In this document: positions 38,701 to 46,713 of the stretch, one piece after another
How the letters are laid out: every line of letters begins with the position of its first letter
How positions within the stretch are numbered: position 1 is the stretch's first letter
DNA from: a virus
Length of the DNA: 64,000 bases
Direction: 5' to 3' (one strand)
Virus record (IMG/VR): IMGVR_UViG_3300010413_000017
Coordinates: 9,861-73,860 of that record
Program-made: the position numbers and the translations under genes
The notes under the pieces: model-generated
The model's input: only the letters and a program-made list of their open reading frames with translations
Databases searched by the model: none
Told to the model about the DNA's origin: nothing

Positions 38701-38777
38701 TGGTACGGGCAGAGGGATTCGAACCCCCGACAACGTGGCCCCAAACCACGCACTCTACCAGACTGAGCTATGCCCGT
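38701..38777 (-). tRNA. tRNA-Pro (anticodon TGG)
   Basis: Acceptor ACGGGCA/TGCCCGT, CGTGG-TTTGGGG-CCACG, TTCGAAT T-loop, ACCA end. Confidence 0.92.
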
Positions 38778-38778
38778 A

Positions 38779-38898
38779 CTATCGTAGTAATCCACTGTCG
38801 AACAACTCAAGAATCCACTCTACGACCATGCTACCTACCATGGCAGAGAGGAGTATGACAATTGTGACGATCAGGAAAAATCGTGTATAGTCTCTCAA
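38779..38898 (-). CDS. Small membrane peptide (39 aa, not in ORF track)
   Basis: TTG start; FFLIVTIVILLSAMVGSMVVEWIL; fills the gap before tRNA-Pro. Confidence 0.35.
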   Translation of the reverse strand: MRDYTRFFLIVTIVILLSAMVGSMVVEWILELFDSGLLR

Positions 38899-38900
38899 TT

Positions 38901-39146
38901 TCAACCGTCCTTGGAGCGGAACGAGGGATACGAACCCTCATCTTTAGACGGGAAGTCTAACGTTTTACTTAAACTAGTTCCGCTTGGTTGTTCAATCGCT
39001 CGTTCGATGGCACACCTAACAAGAGGGATAAGTATGTCTAGACAACGTGTGCAATAGAGGTCAGGTAAATCGTAGCCTTGTTCAGCTAATGCAACAACAT
39101 CGTCAATTAAGTCCCCGCAACCTTGGCAAAAAACATTTATGGTCAT
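38901..39146 (-). CDS. Zinc-finger hypothetical protein whose 3' end contains tRNA-Gly
   Basis: ATGA-coupled to the resolvase, GGAGG RBS, CQGC...CTRC. Confidence 0.55.
   Translation of the reverse strand: MTINVFCQGCGDLIDDVVALAEQGYDLPDLYCTRCLDILIPLVRCAIERAIEQPSGTSLSKTLDFPSKDEGSYPSFRSKDG
38912..38983 (-). tRNA. tRNA-Gly (anticodon TCC), nested in CDS 38901-39146
   Basis: GCGGAAC/GTTCCGC acceptor, U73, CCA; TTAGA-CTTCCCG-TCTAA; GAGGG-TTCGTAT-CCCTC; short D-loop. Confidence 0.85.
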
Positions 39147-39541
39147 TTTACCCTCCCTAGTAAAGCGAAAAACACCTTCGCATCTAATACAACGACTTCT
39201 TCAGTGCGTTCCTCTTTTTTCCGTCCGCTACGCTTCATAACCAACAACCAATCTGTGTCTGGATAACAGTTTGCCTTCGCTTGTTCAATCCACTCTAAAA
39301 GTGACCACCTCTTTTGGTTTTTACACTCTACTGTAAAGGGGAATAACTTACGAGCTTTAACTGAAAGTATAACATCAGGCCCGCGTTGACCCATCGGTCG
39401 AGGCTTGATTTCAGCGTCATCGCTTTTGCCCCAAGGAACATTTATGGCTTGTGAGATACACTCACATGCCCAGTCTTGTAATGCTCTGCCCTTCGCCTTT
39501 CGGCTCGCAACGGAGATTGTCTTGCTTTTCTTTTTGGCCAT
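39143..39541 (-). CDS. Holliday junction resolvase (PD-(D/E)xK)
   Basis: SRKAKGR.LQ, G.DV, VECKNQ, QA..N motifs. Confidence 0.8.
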   Translation of the reverse strand: MAKKKSKTISVASRKAKGRALQDWACECISQAINVPWGKSDDAEIKPRPMGQRGPDVILSVKARKLFPFTVECKNQKRWSLLEWIEQAKANCYPDTDWLLVMKRSGRKKEERTEEVVVLDAKVFFALLGRVK

Positions 39542-40076
39542 TAAGTATATCTCTCAAAGAATCAACTCGAACAACATCTGGGTGAGTCCATCTGCCCATG
39601 TTCCACGGTCGATTTATTAAATAACAGATAAGCCCTTTCTCCGCTACTTGGTTGGCTGTTTGGAGTCTGTCTTCCACAATCCCATCCAAACCAAGTTTAA
39701 CAAGGAGGTCAGCTTTGTGCTTACTTCTAGACTGATAGATGCGATAAACCAAACTTGGAAAGTTATGCTCTATCCAGCTTTGCGTAGCAGGTAAGAGGCC
39801 GTGCCTGCGTGCTGTAATGAAAGTAACAGGCTCGAACTCAGACAAGAGTTCAGTATCTGGGTAAGGCGCAATTCCAGTCCAGTGATGCTCTAGGATACTA
39901 AAGAAGTAGTCCAAGAACGGTTCAAAATATCCTACCTGACAGATTTGCTCGAAGAAGTCATGACGACTTATCGTAGTAGGGTCAAAGGTAATACCCCAGT
40001 CTCTGCGCGCCCTCTGTCTTAGCGCCTGTATAACGTCTGCCAAAGTTCCATCAATATCAAAGGCTAGTTTTATCAT
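39462..40076 (-). CDS. HAD-family 5'-nucleotidase (NT5C-like)
   Basis: FDIDGTLAD, ITAR, K, VEDR, RPWN. Confidence 0.8.
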   Translation of the reverse strand: MIKLAFDIDGTLADVIQALRQRARRDWGITFDPTTISRHDFFEQICQVGYFEPFLDYFFSILEHHWTGIAPYPDTELLSEFEPVTFITARRHGLLPATQSWIEHNFPSLVYRIYQSRSKHKADLLVKLGLDGIVEDRLQTANQVAEKGLICYLINRPWNMGRWTHPDVVRVDSLRDILNGQKEKQDNLRCEPKGEGQSITRLGM

Positions 40077-40254
40077 CCTATCTTCCACAGGTCTCAGTTT
40101 GACTGTTGGAGCCGACGCTGGCATCCGCACGCGTCCAAAAGAGTACTAAAGTTACCGCAGGTCTCACAACGAAACCCAGGTGGCCATTTGGGTTTGATAT
40201 GTTTGTTAATCCCTTTAGGAGTTTTATCTTTCATAGCTTCATCTGAACCTTATG

Positions 40255-40533
40255 TCAATGTTTTATAGCTGTTAGGTGCTCATCCTCTCGATGTAACCTA
40301 GCAACAATTTTGTTCTGAACAGTTATACCGGTGAAAGAATAGCTTGTTACATATCCGCGAATCTTCTCGTTAAATTCCTCTACAAGATGTTGCCAGCTGT
40401 CCTCGTAAATGCAACAACCTTGCGGAGTAAGCTCAACTGCGTTGGTGTCAATTTCAAGTTCGAACCTAACTTCGCCTTTTAGGCCGGAACTAACATATAT
40501 ATGACCGTGAAGCATTACTGTTTGTTTGTCCAC
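40255..40533 (-). CDS. Hypothetical protein
   Basis: AGGAG RBS, GTG start. Confidence 0.5.
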   Translation of the reverse strand: MDKQTVMLHGHIYVSSGLKGEVRFELEIDTNAVELTPQGCCIYEDSWQHLVEEFNEKIRGYVTSYSFTGITVQNKIVARLHREDEHLTAIKH

Positions 40534-40562
40534 ACTACTTCTCCTATGGGTTTCCTTTCGTA

Positions 40563-40787
40563 TTATTCCTCTACAGTTATGATGAACCCACGTTCTATAT
40601 CGTCTGGTATAGACTTGAAGATGTCACTTGGATAGACGTTGTAAAGGTGTGGATGGAAATCGTTCCTATCAAATTCCTCATCGGGTTCTCTGTTTATCAA
40701 GGCAATGTAGATTTCTTTTGTAACGGCCCAGACAAAGCACTCATAATCGCCACTCATTATTCCCCTAAAGTGGACATGCTTTAACAT
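40563..40787 (-). CDS. Hypothetical protein
   Basis: GGAGG RBS. Confidence 0.5.
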   Translation of the reverse strand: MLKHVHFRGIMSGDYECFVWAVTKEIYIALINREPDEEFDRNDFHPHLYNVYPSDIFKSIPDDIERGFIITVEE

Positions 40788-41177
40788 TTAGTCCTCCTTG
40801 TTTTTACTGCCGTTGTTGCTTTCCCTTTTCTTACTTACTGCCATATTGTACTTAGTTGCCAGTTCATCGTAAGCTACTCCTGTATCATCAGACATCTCAG
40901 AAAGTTGCACCTCTTCCGAACTCCAAAGGCGTCCTGCGTTGTTCTCGTGTTTTGTTACAAGTGCGAATACTACAATCGCCGCTAGAAAAATTAAAAAAAT
41001 CGTTTTTGCGCTGTCCGGACCGCTACCGGGAAGGTCTGAATAGAGAGCAAAAAATGAAAACACAGACCCTAGTACAGCGAGTAGGACTACCCCAAACCAG
41101 AACTCAGGGACACAGTGTTCGTCCCAAGTGACTTTACGTGGCTTCCCAAACTCATCAAGTTTGCGTACTCTCTTCAT
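40788..41177 (-). CDS. Two-TM membrane protein
   Basis: Two hydrophobic segments; coupled to upstream ORF. Confidence 0.55.
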   Translation of the reverse strand: MKRVRKLDEFGKPRKVTWDEHCVPEFWFGVVLLAVLGSVFSFFALYSDLPGSGPDSAKTIFLIFLAAIVVFALVTKHENNAGRLWSSEEVQLSEMSDDTGVAYDELATKYNMAVSKKRESNNGSKNKED

Positions 41178-41422
41178 CAGTCTTCCTCTTTTTGTTTACT
41201 GCCCTGCGGATTTGTCATAGGCGTACCGTCAGGGAACAGTACGAAATCTTCCTTTTGTTTAACCCAGTTGCACGGGCCATACTGACGTTCGAATTCGCGT
41301 ATAAATTCGCGCCTGTCCTGTTCTTCAAGATGACGAAAGAACGCGTCAGTCCACTTCTTCCAGAGCTTCTTAATTTTATCCACAGTTACTCCATCCACAA
41401 AAAGGATTAGGACAAGTTTCAC
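41177..41422 (-). CDS. Hypothetical protein
   Basis: Overlaps the 3' end of nrdJ; GAGGGA RBS. Confidence 0.45.
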   Translation of the reverse strand: MKLVLILFVDGVTVDKIKKLWKKWTDAFFRHLEEQDRREFIREFERQYGPCNWVKQKEDFVLFPDGTPMTNPQGSKQKEED

Positions 41423-43649
41423 ATCCCTCTTTTGCTACCAAGATTTCTCCGCAATCTGGGCACATCTTAGCGTCCCCAGGTAGTACTCGGGTTGAGCGGT
41501 AGATTTCTAATTCATCCTCTGGAGCACTGGGGCTGGCGGCAGGAATCGAACCCGCGACCGTCTCATTACAAGTGAGGCGCTCTACCTGCTGAGCTACGCC
41601 AGCCCGTGCTTGTTGCTCTTGGGTTTGTTGGCTTTGTAACTTTCTCTTGCGAATGACTTTTGCAATGCCGTCAGGGGGGGATAAGACTTGTTCTCCATTG
41701 TGGAACATTACACGCTCGCCGCCGATGCCCCGCAACTGCTTCTCGATGTCTTCCCACGACGCTCCATACTTAAGTGCAAGTGTCCCGAGGCGTCCGACAG
41801 CGTCGTTCATCGCCGCAATAGTTCTACCTGATTTAGAAATCTGAGTCCACATTTCTTTAAACCCTGTATTAGAGTCTTCAAACAGATGCACCCAAAGAGT
41901 GCCGTCCCCAGTCTTAACTCTATCTCTGGACCCAGCTAGAAATTCAGGGGTTTCTAGAGTTACAGAAGACGTATATGACGCATGTTCTGCCTTTTTAGTA
42001 TGGCGTAGGCTGGGTGGGAGAGATTTGATAATATCCCTGTATGCTTTTGTATCTCGTTGGGCTTCCTCTTCTCGACTCCCCTGTCGGTAGAAAGTGATGC
42101 CCTTGCACCCAAGTTTATACGCGAGCCTGAAAGCTCTGTCCACTTCCTCGATAGTTACAGAACTGGGAGCGTTGATAGTCTTGCTTACAGCATTGTCTGT
42201 ATATTTTTGGAAAGCGGCCTGCATCTTAACATGATGTTCGATTGGGACGTCCTTAGATTCGATGAAATAGTCGGGACATTTTATCCCTTCATTGATGGCT
42301 TGCCAGTCCTCGTATAGAGGATGCATTACGACCAGCGTTTCATCTATTGCTTTTTTCTCGTAGACGAATGAGAATACTGGCTCAATCCCCGAGCTACACC
42401 CGGCTATTAAACTGAGTGTGCCTGTAGGAGCTATCGTTGTAACCGTCCCGTTTCTGCGGTCAATAAGGGGTGTATCCTTGCGCCCAGAAGGTAAGTCTGC
42501 CCAAGCTGGGTATCCTTTTTCCTTAGCTAACTCTGTAGAACAGAGATGAGCTACGTCATTAACGAATTGCATCACCTGTTCAGCTAGGACTAGAGCCGTT
42601 TCCATGTCATAACGTATTCGCATCTTAATAAGCATGTCAGCCCAGCCCATAACACCTAGCCCTATTTTGCGGAACTTTGTTGTTTCTCGTTTTATTTCGA
42701 TAATTGGGTAATTATTAACGTCAATTACGTTATCAAGAAAACGGACGGCTGTTTGCACAACCTCCATGAGCCTGTCCCACTGGATTGCGGGGAATATTGT
42801 TCCGGTATCTTCATTTAGTAAAGGCTCAACAAAATTACTTAGATTGATGCTTCCTAAAACACAAGACTCATAAGGGGACAACGGTTGCTCCCCACAAGGA
42901 TTTGTGGCTGTAATCTTTTGATACTTTCCGACAGGGTTAGTCTCGTTAACCTTGTCTATAAAGACAATGCCCGGTTCTCCGTTCTTCCATGCGCCGTCGA
43001 TTATACTCGCCCAAATGTAATCTACGTGTGGATACCCTGTCAAGGCGACCTTATCCATGAAATCATCTGTTAAAGCAACCGAGATATTGAAATGTCTCAA
43101 CTCTCCTTCTTTTTCTTTGCACTTAATAAACTCGAGAACATCTGGATGGTCACAGCGTAGAATACCCATCTGCGCTCCTTTGCGAACTCCTCCCTGCTCA
43201 ATTATTTCTCCTACAACAAAGTCAAAGACACGCATAAATCCAACAGGTCCAGAGGCTTTGCCTTTTGTTGTACTAATTAATGAACCGCGCGGTCGGAGAT
43301 TCGAGAAATCGTAACCTGTGCCTCCACCGAAAGCCTGAACTTCGACTGCGTCTGTGAGAGCTTTAAAAATAGACTGACGAGAATCTTCGATTGGGATAAC
43401 AAAGCAGGCGGCTAAGTTACCGTGATTGGCTCCTGCGTTCCGCAGGGTGGGGGAGTTGGGAAGAAAATCCAAATTGGACATTACTGAGTAGAACTCTTGT
43501 TCCCAGTAGTCCTTGTCCTTTTCCACAGAGGCGATATGGCGTGCTACACGCCTGAACATCTCTTCCGGTGCTTCAATAACGTTGCCACGTGCATCCTGCT
43601 GTAGAATCCGCTTTTCTAAAACTCGAATCGCGTTAGCCGACAGATTCAA
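41376..43649 (-). CDS. nrdJ: Class II (B12-dependent) ribonucleotide reductase with C-terminal TSCPD-like domain and zinc ribbon
   Basis: FLPNSPTL.NAG, ACFV, TNPCGEQPL...SC.LGSIN, TIAPTGT, DNAVSKTIN; C-terminal CPDCG...C..C....CGWSNC. Confidence 0.95.
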   Translation of the reverse strand: MNLSANAIRVLEKRILQQDARGNVIEAPEEMFRRVARHIASVEKDKDYWEQEFYSVMSNLDFLPNSPTLRNAGANHGNLAACFVIPIEDSRQSIFKALTDAVEVQAFGGGTGYDFSNLRPRGSLISTTKGKASGPVGFMRVFDFVVGEIIEQGGVRKGAQMGILRCDHPDVLEFIKCKEKEGELRHFNISVALTDDFMDKVALTGYPHVDYIWASIIDGAWKNGEPGIVFIDKVNETNPVGKYQKITATNPCGEQPLSPYESCVLGSINLSNFVEPLLNEDTGTIFPAIQWDRLMEVVQTAVRFLDNVIDVNNYPIIEIKRETTKFRKIGLGVMGWADMLIKMRIRYDMETALVLAEQVMQFVNDVAHLCSTELAKEKGYPAWADLPSGRKDTPLIDRRNGTVTTIAPTGTLSLIAGCSSGIEPVFSFVYEKKAIDETLVVMHPLYEDWQAINEGIKCPDYFIESKDVPIEHHVKMQAAFQKYTDNAVSKTINAPSSVTIEEVDRAFRLAYKLGCKGITFYRQGSREEEAQRDTKAYRDIIKSLPPSLRHTKKAEHASYTSSVTLETPEFLAGSRDRVKTGDGTLWVHLFEDSNTGFKEMWTQISKSGRTIAAMNDAVGRLGTLALKYGASWEDIEKQLRGIGGERVMFHNGEQVLSPPDGIAKVIRKRKLQSQQTQEQQARAGVAQQVERLTCNETVAGSIPAASPSAPEDELEIYRSTRVLPGDAKMCPDCGEILVAKEGCETCPNPFCGWSNCG
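41528..41603 (-). tRNA. tRNA-Thr (anticodon TGT), nested sense-strand inside nrdJ
   Basis: GCTGGCG/CGCCAGC acceptor, GCTC/GAGC D-stem with GG, CCTCA-CTTGTAA-TGAGA, GCGGG-TTCGATT-CCTGC, CCA; 76 nt. Confidence 0.92.
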
Positions 43650-43661
43650 TAAACTACCTCC

Positions 43662-43691
43662 AAAAAGGGCACTAGTTTTTACTAGTGCCCT
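43662..43691 (-). terminator. Intrinsic terminator-like hairpin immediately upstream of the nrdJ RBS
   Basis: AGGGCACTAGT-AAAA-ACTAGTGCCCT (11 bp) followed by TTTT and then GGAGG. Confidence 0.65.
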
Positions 43692-43699
43692 ACTAAGAA

Positions 43700-44251
43700 C
43701 TACTCAACGCCAAAGGAAGGCTCGTCCCAGACGGCCAGAACAGTCACATGCTCGTGCTCTCTCGAACCTTTTGGGATTGCCATAAGAAACGGGTCAGGGG
43801 TGAGTGCTCGATAATCTGTGACATAGAAGCCGAACTTTTGGCGCAACTCTTCAGGTATGTCTGCGATTAAACGCAGAACACGGATAGGAACCTCTTTTGT
43901 ATACAGCGAAATCCTTAAGTCACCGTTGAACCGTCCCAAAGACTGGGAGTGATGCCCTCTGTTGTCTTCGGCGCGCAAGGGAAACCAATCCCAACCACAA
44001 CCTTCTTTGCGGGCTACTGCGTCCATGTAGGCCCAAACCTCGTTTGTATCATAGACGGGCAAGCCTTTGTTAGCCAAGAATACGCGTAACTCATGAACAA
44101 CTCGCGTGGGAGGTTCGTAGCCAATCTCTGCGGCAAGGTTGTCATATGTATCGAGGGCCACAACCTTTCCAACTAGCTTGGGTTTAGGTTGTAACGGATT
44201 ACGTCGCCTCTCCCGTCGTTCGATGAAATCGTTTATTAACTTAGGCAACAT
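43700..44251 (-). CDS. Hypothetical protein
   Basis: AAGGAG RBS; Y...VP..VL, PDPFL...WDEP.F C-terminus. Confidence 0.65.
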   Translation of the reverse strand: MLPKLINDFIERRERRRNPLQPKPKLVGKVVALDTYDNLAAEIGYEPPTRVVHELRVFLANKGLPVYDTNEVWAYMDAVARKEGCGWDWFPLRAEDNRGHHSQSLGRFNGDLRISLYTKEVPIRVLRLIADIPEELRQKFGFYVTDYRALTPDPFLMAIPKGSREHEHVTVLAVWDEPSFGVE

Positions 44252-44277
44252 GTCAGTCTCCTTTTTTCAGGATAAAG

Positions 44278-44570
44278 AGGTGCCCGTCTATTCAGACCCG
44301 ACGGGCAGGGGCTACGTGATGTCCCAATGGATAGACCGGCCGTCCTCCGAATGGGCCTGTGTGGGTTCGAATCCCATCGGGGGCATTGGAGTAGGTAGAC
44401 AACGTTCACTTCCAATGAACTAGGGTGGCCGCCCCGTGCAGGTTCGAGTCCAGCCGCCAGCACCTAAATGGGGGTCGCAGGTTTGCCGCGGGGGCTTTCC
44501 ATCCAATTGAGCTACGACCCCCATGTTGGGTCGGCTTGGATTCGAACCAAGATTTCCTGTTTATCAGTAG
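44278..44570. pseudogene. Mosaic of tRNA fragments on both strands (Arg-CCG-like, Leu-bodied TCC, Ile-GAT 3' half, two acceptor-stem hairpins)
   Basis: Three T-arms with TTCGA loops and several anticodon loops, but 5' acceptor strands missing or mismatched. Confidence 0.7.
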
Positions 44571-44571
44571 C

Positions 44572-45231
44572 TTATTTGGACTTTTGTTTAGCCTTTGTCT
44601 TCGCACGCTTGCGTTGCTTAGCGTCGAAGGCCATACTCATAGCAACCCCTGTCCTGTATGAGGTCAAGTTATCCGCCATAGACGCGAACGCTACTTGAGT
44701 CCCTACACCAGAAGGGTCATAGCTCAGAGTATTTGCGGCTTGGATACCATATCTGAAAGCGTCCTGTTCACAATGGATGTCGGACGACAGAAAGAGCACT
44801 TCCCATTTGTACACATCCTGCTGATGTTCAATCATCTCGCGGACTTTCTCCTCGGTGTACTCTTGGCTATCGTTCTCACGACCGTCAGTCATGATAGCGA
44901 AGACAACTTTAGACGGACGCTCTGCCTCAGGTAGAGCCGCTAAGCGTTCTCCGATTGTGTTCATCGTTTTGCCGATGGCATCCAAGAGACGTGTCATGCC
45001 TCTAGGCTGATAGTTTCTCTCGTTAAGAATCCGAGCATCAGCGATGTCTACACAGTCCTGTAGTAACTCGTAGCGATCATCGAATTGAGCCAGCGTATAT
45101 GTCGCCTTTCCAGGTACTTGCTGTTGGGATTTGATAAATTCGTTGTAGCCACCGATAGTATCGTCTTTTACGCGTTGCATCGAACCAGACCTGTCCAGTA
45201 CAAGTCCAATGTGTGTGTAGTCTTGTCGCAT
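44572..45231 (-). CDS. von Willebrand factor A domain protein
   Basis: LDRSGSM MIDAS, T.LLDAIG, TDG.EN.S. Confidence 0.9.
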   Translation of the reverse strand: MRQDYTHIGLVLDRSGSMQRVKDDTIGGYNEFIKSQQQVPGKATYTLAQFDDRYELLQDCVDIADARILNERNYQPRGMTRLLDAIGKTMNTIGERLAALPEAERPSKVVFAIMTDGRENDSQEYTEEKVREMIEHQQDVYKWEVLFLSSDIHCEQDAFRYGIQAANTLSYDPSGVGTQVAFASMADNLTSYRTGVAMSMAFDAKQRKRAKTKAKQKSK

Positions 45232-45243
45232 AGTACGACCTCC

Positions 45244-45450
45244 TTAGAAGATTTCTTTGCTGAGTTCAAGCGCCTGTTCTTCCGAGAACCCCTCGGCCAG
45301 AAGCGCGTCGTATTTGGCTCGAGTCATGCGGGCCTGAATTCCTAAAAACTCAATGAGAGCTTCCAAATTTGTCTTTAGGTCTTGCAGAGACTGCTTAACC
45401 TCCACAGGGTTCAACTTTGAAGGGAAGGGTTTAACATTGTCTTTAGTCAT
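45244..45450 (-). CDS. Hypothetical protein
   Basis: Y.AL..EGFS.EQAL.L C-terminal motif; AGGAG RBS. Confidence 0.55.
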   Translation of the reverse strand: MTKDNVKPFPSKLNPVEVKQSLQDLKTNLEALIEFLGIQARMTRAKYDALLAEGFSEEQALELSKEIF

Positions 45451-45461
45451 GGGGGTTACTC

Positions 45462-45665
45462 CTACGGCGAATTGATACTGACCAGCCATACACGTTTGTA
45501 GTTGTTGAAGTAGTGTCTTTCTCTTCGGTTAAGTCTCCGTTTAATTTTCTTGCGTCTTCCGGGTTTGTTGAGTAAAATGAACTTAACGCCATTGTTTACC
45601 AGCGCAATCTCGTCATGTTGCTTGATGAACATTCTCCGTCTGAGTGTCGGGTTCAGCACCATCAT
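45462..45665 (-). CDS. Basic hypothetical protein
   Basis: GGAG RBS; Arg/Lys-rich. Confidence 0.4.
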   Translation of the reverse strand: MMVLNPTLRRRMFIKQHDEIALVNNGVKFILLNKPGRRKKIKRRLNRRERHYFNNYKRVWLVSINSP

Positions 45666-46023
45666 ACATCTCCCTTAGTAAACAGACACCGATTAATGAG
45701 TATACGCCTTGGTCCATTAAGGTCTCGTCTATCGCTTCTCCTACCCTGTCGGGAATCCCGCTAGCGAGGTTTTTAATTCGGCTCCACTTGTCGGACAGCC
45801 TGACAAGCACACCCAACCAAGAAGGAATACCAAAGTCCTCACACTCTCGAAAGTTTCTAAAGGGGTCACCGCCTATCCCAGCGTAGTTGTGGTTTTTCCT
45901 AGCGTGGAGTTCTGCCGCCTCGACTAGGACTTTGTAAAAGGGGGATGGACGGCTGTCCCCGACGTCGAGAGTAATATTCCCACAGAAATAAAGAGAGCCT
46001 TCTTGAGTTGTCTTAGGTTTCAT
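45613..46023 (-). CDS. DUF1599 / nucleotide-modification-associated domain 1 (MazG-like) protein
   Basis: KNH.Y....DPF.NF, G..VRLSDK..RI, E...ETL.D...Y. Confidence 0.75.
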   Translation of the reverse strand: MKPKTTQEGSLYFCGNITLDVGDSRPSPFYKVLVEAAELHARKNHNYAGIGGDPFRNFRECEDFGIPSWLGVLVRLSDKWSRIKNLASGIPDRVGEAIDETLMDQGVYSLIGVCLLREMYDGAEPDTQTENVHQAT

Positions 46024-46490
46024 TTGTGTGTTTTCCTTACCTCTACGACTTCGAGTTTGTTGTTTTTGTCAAATCCCAACCGGAAACATTGCTTCGCAGT
46101 GGGGAGCCAGATGTCAATCTTGCGCTTCTGATATGAAGGCATTAGGTCCATAAAGACATAATAGCCATCGAATCCGTCGGTTCCAGTTAATCGAACTATA
46201 CTCCCCCAACGTGATTGAAAGATAGACTTCCCTTTTGGACACAGACCCAGCTCGCGGACTAAATCGCGAGAGAGGGCGCACGCACCGGGGAAGACTCGTA
46301 CACCAGAGGACATCTTACCTTTTAGGCAGTAGCCTGTCGACCTCACTTTCGAGGCTGTCGCTCCCTTTTTTGCGGTCGGAGAGGCTAATCTTGAACTTAC
46401 CTTCCCGCCAGAGGCGCATAAAACGTTCGAAGTGCGTTTCATTGGCAAGCACATAGCCAGTAGAATTACACCAATCACAGTTAACTTCAG
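46020..46490 (-). CDS. 3D-domain (MltA-like) cell-wall protein with signal peptide
   Basis: STGYC..G.M.SG......A, D.......IDIW; CTG start after GGAGG gives MKLTVIGVILLAMCLP. Confidence 0.6.
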   Translation of the reverse strand: MKLTVIGVILLAMCLPMKRTSNVLCASGGKVSSRLASPTAKKGATASKVRSTGYCLKGKMSSGVRVFPGACALSRDLVRELGLCPKGKSIFQSRWGSIVRLTGTDGFDGYYVFMDLMPSYQKRKIDIWLPTAKQCFRLGFDKNNKLEVVEVRKTHK

Positions 46491-46542
46491 TTGTTGAACC
46501 CTCCCACTCGTGATGACATTTTGAACAGTGAAACAGAGGCAT
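46315..46542 (-). CDS. Zinc-ribbon protein overlapping the 3D gene
   Basis: MPLFHCSKCHHEWEG...CDWC. Confidence 0.45.
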   Translation of the reverse strand: MPLFHCSKCHHEWEGSTTEVNCDWCNSTGYVLANETHFERFMRLWREGKFKISLSDRKKGSDSLESEVDRLLPKR

Positions 46543-46713
46543 CTTGACCTTCTTACGTAAAGTCTGGGCCTGTCCAAGAAATAGGACTATAGGATAACCA
46601 TGTTCTACATTTTGGACACTGAATTTCCCGCGGTGGGTTCTTGTCAACAACATCCTTCCATCCACAAGAACACTTTGCTTCAAAAATAGTACGTTTAACC
46701 AATCGTTCGTACG

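Noticed and set aside
38560-38890. ORFs 38560-38766, 38610-38810 and 38669-38890
   Set aside because: They overlap tRNA-Gln and tRNA-Pro or are antisense shadows, with no independent coding evidence, unlike nrdJ and 38901-39146
44139-44698. Several short overlapping ORFs (44139-44423, 44236-44463, 44406-44606, 44425-44661, 44468-44698)
   Set aside because: Their GSNP, RFES and WFES peptides are read-outs of tRNA T-arms; no convincing RBS or protein features
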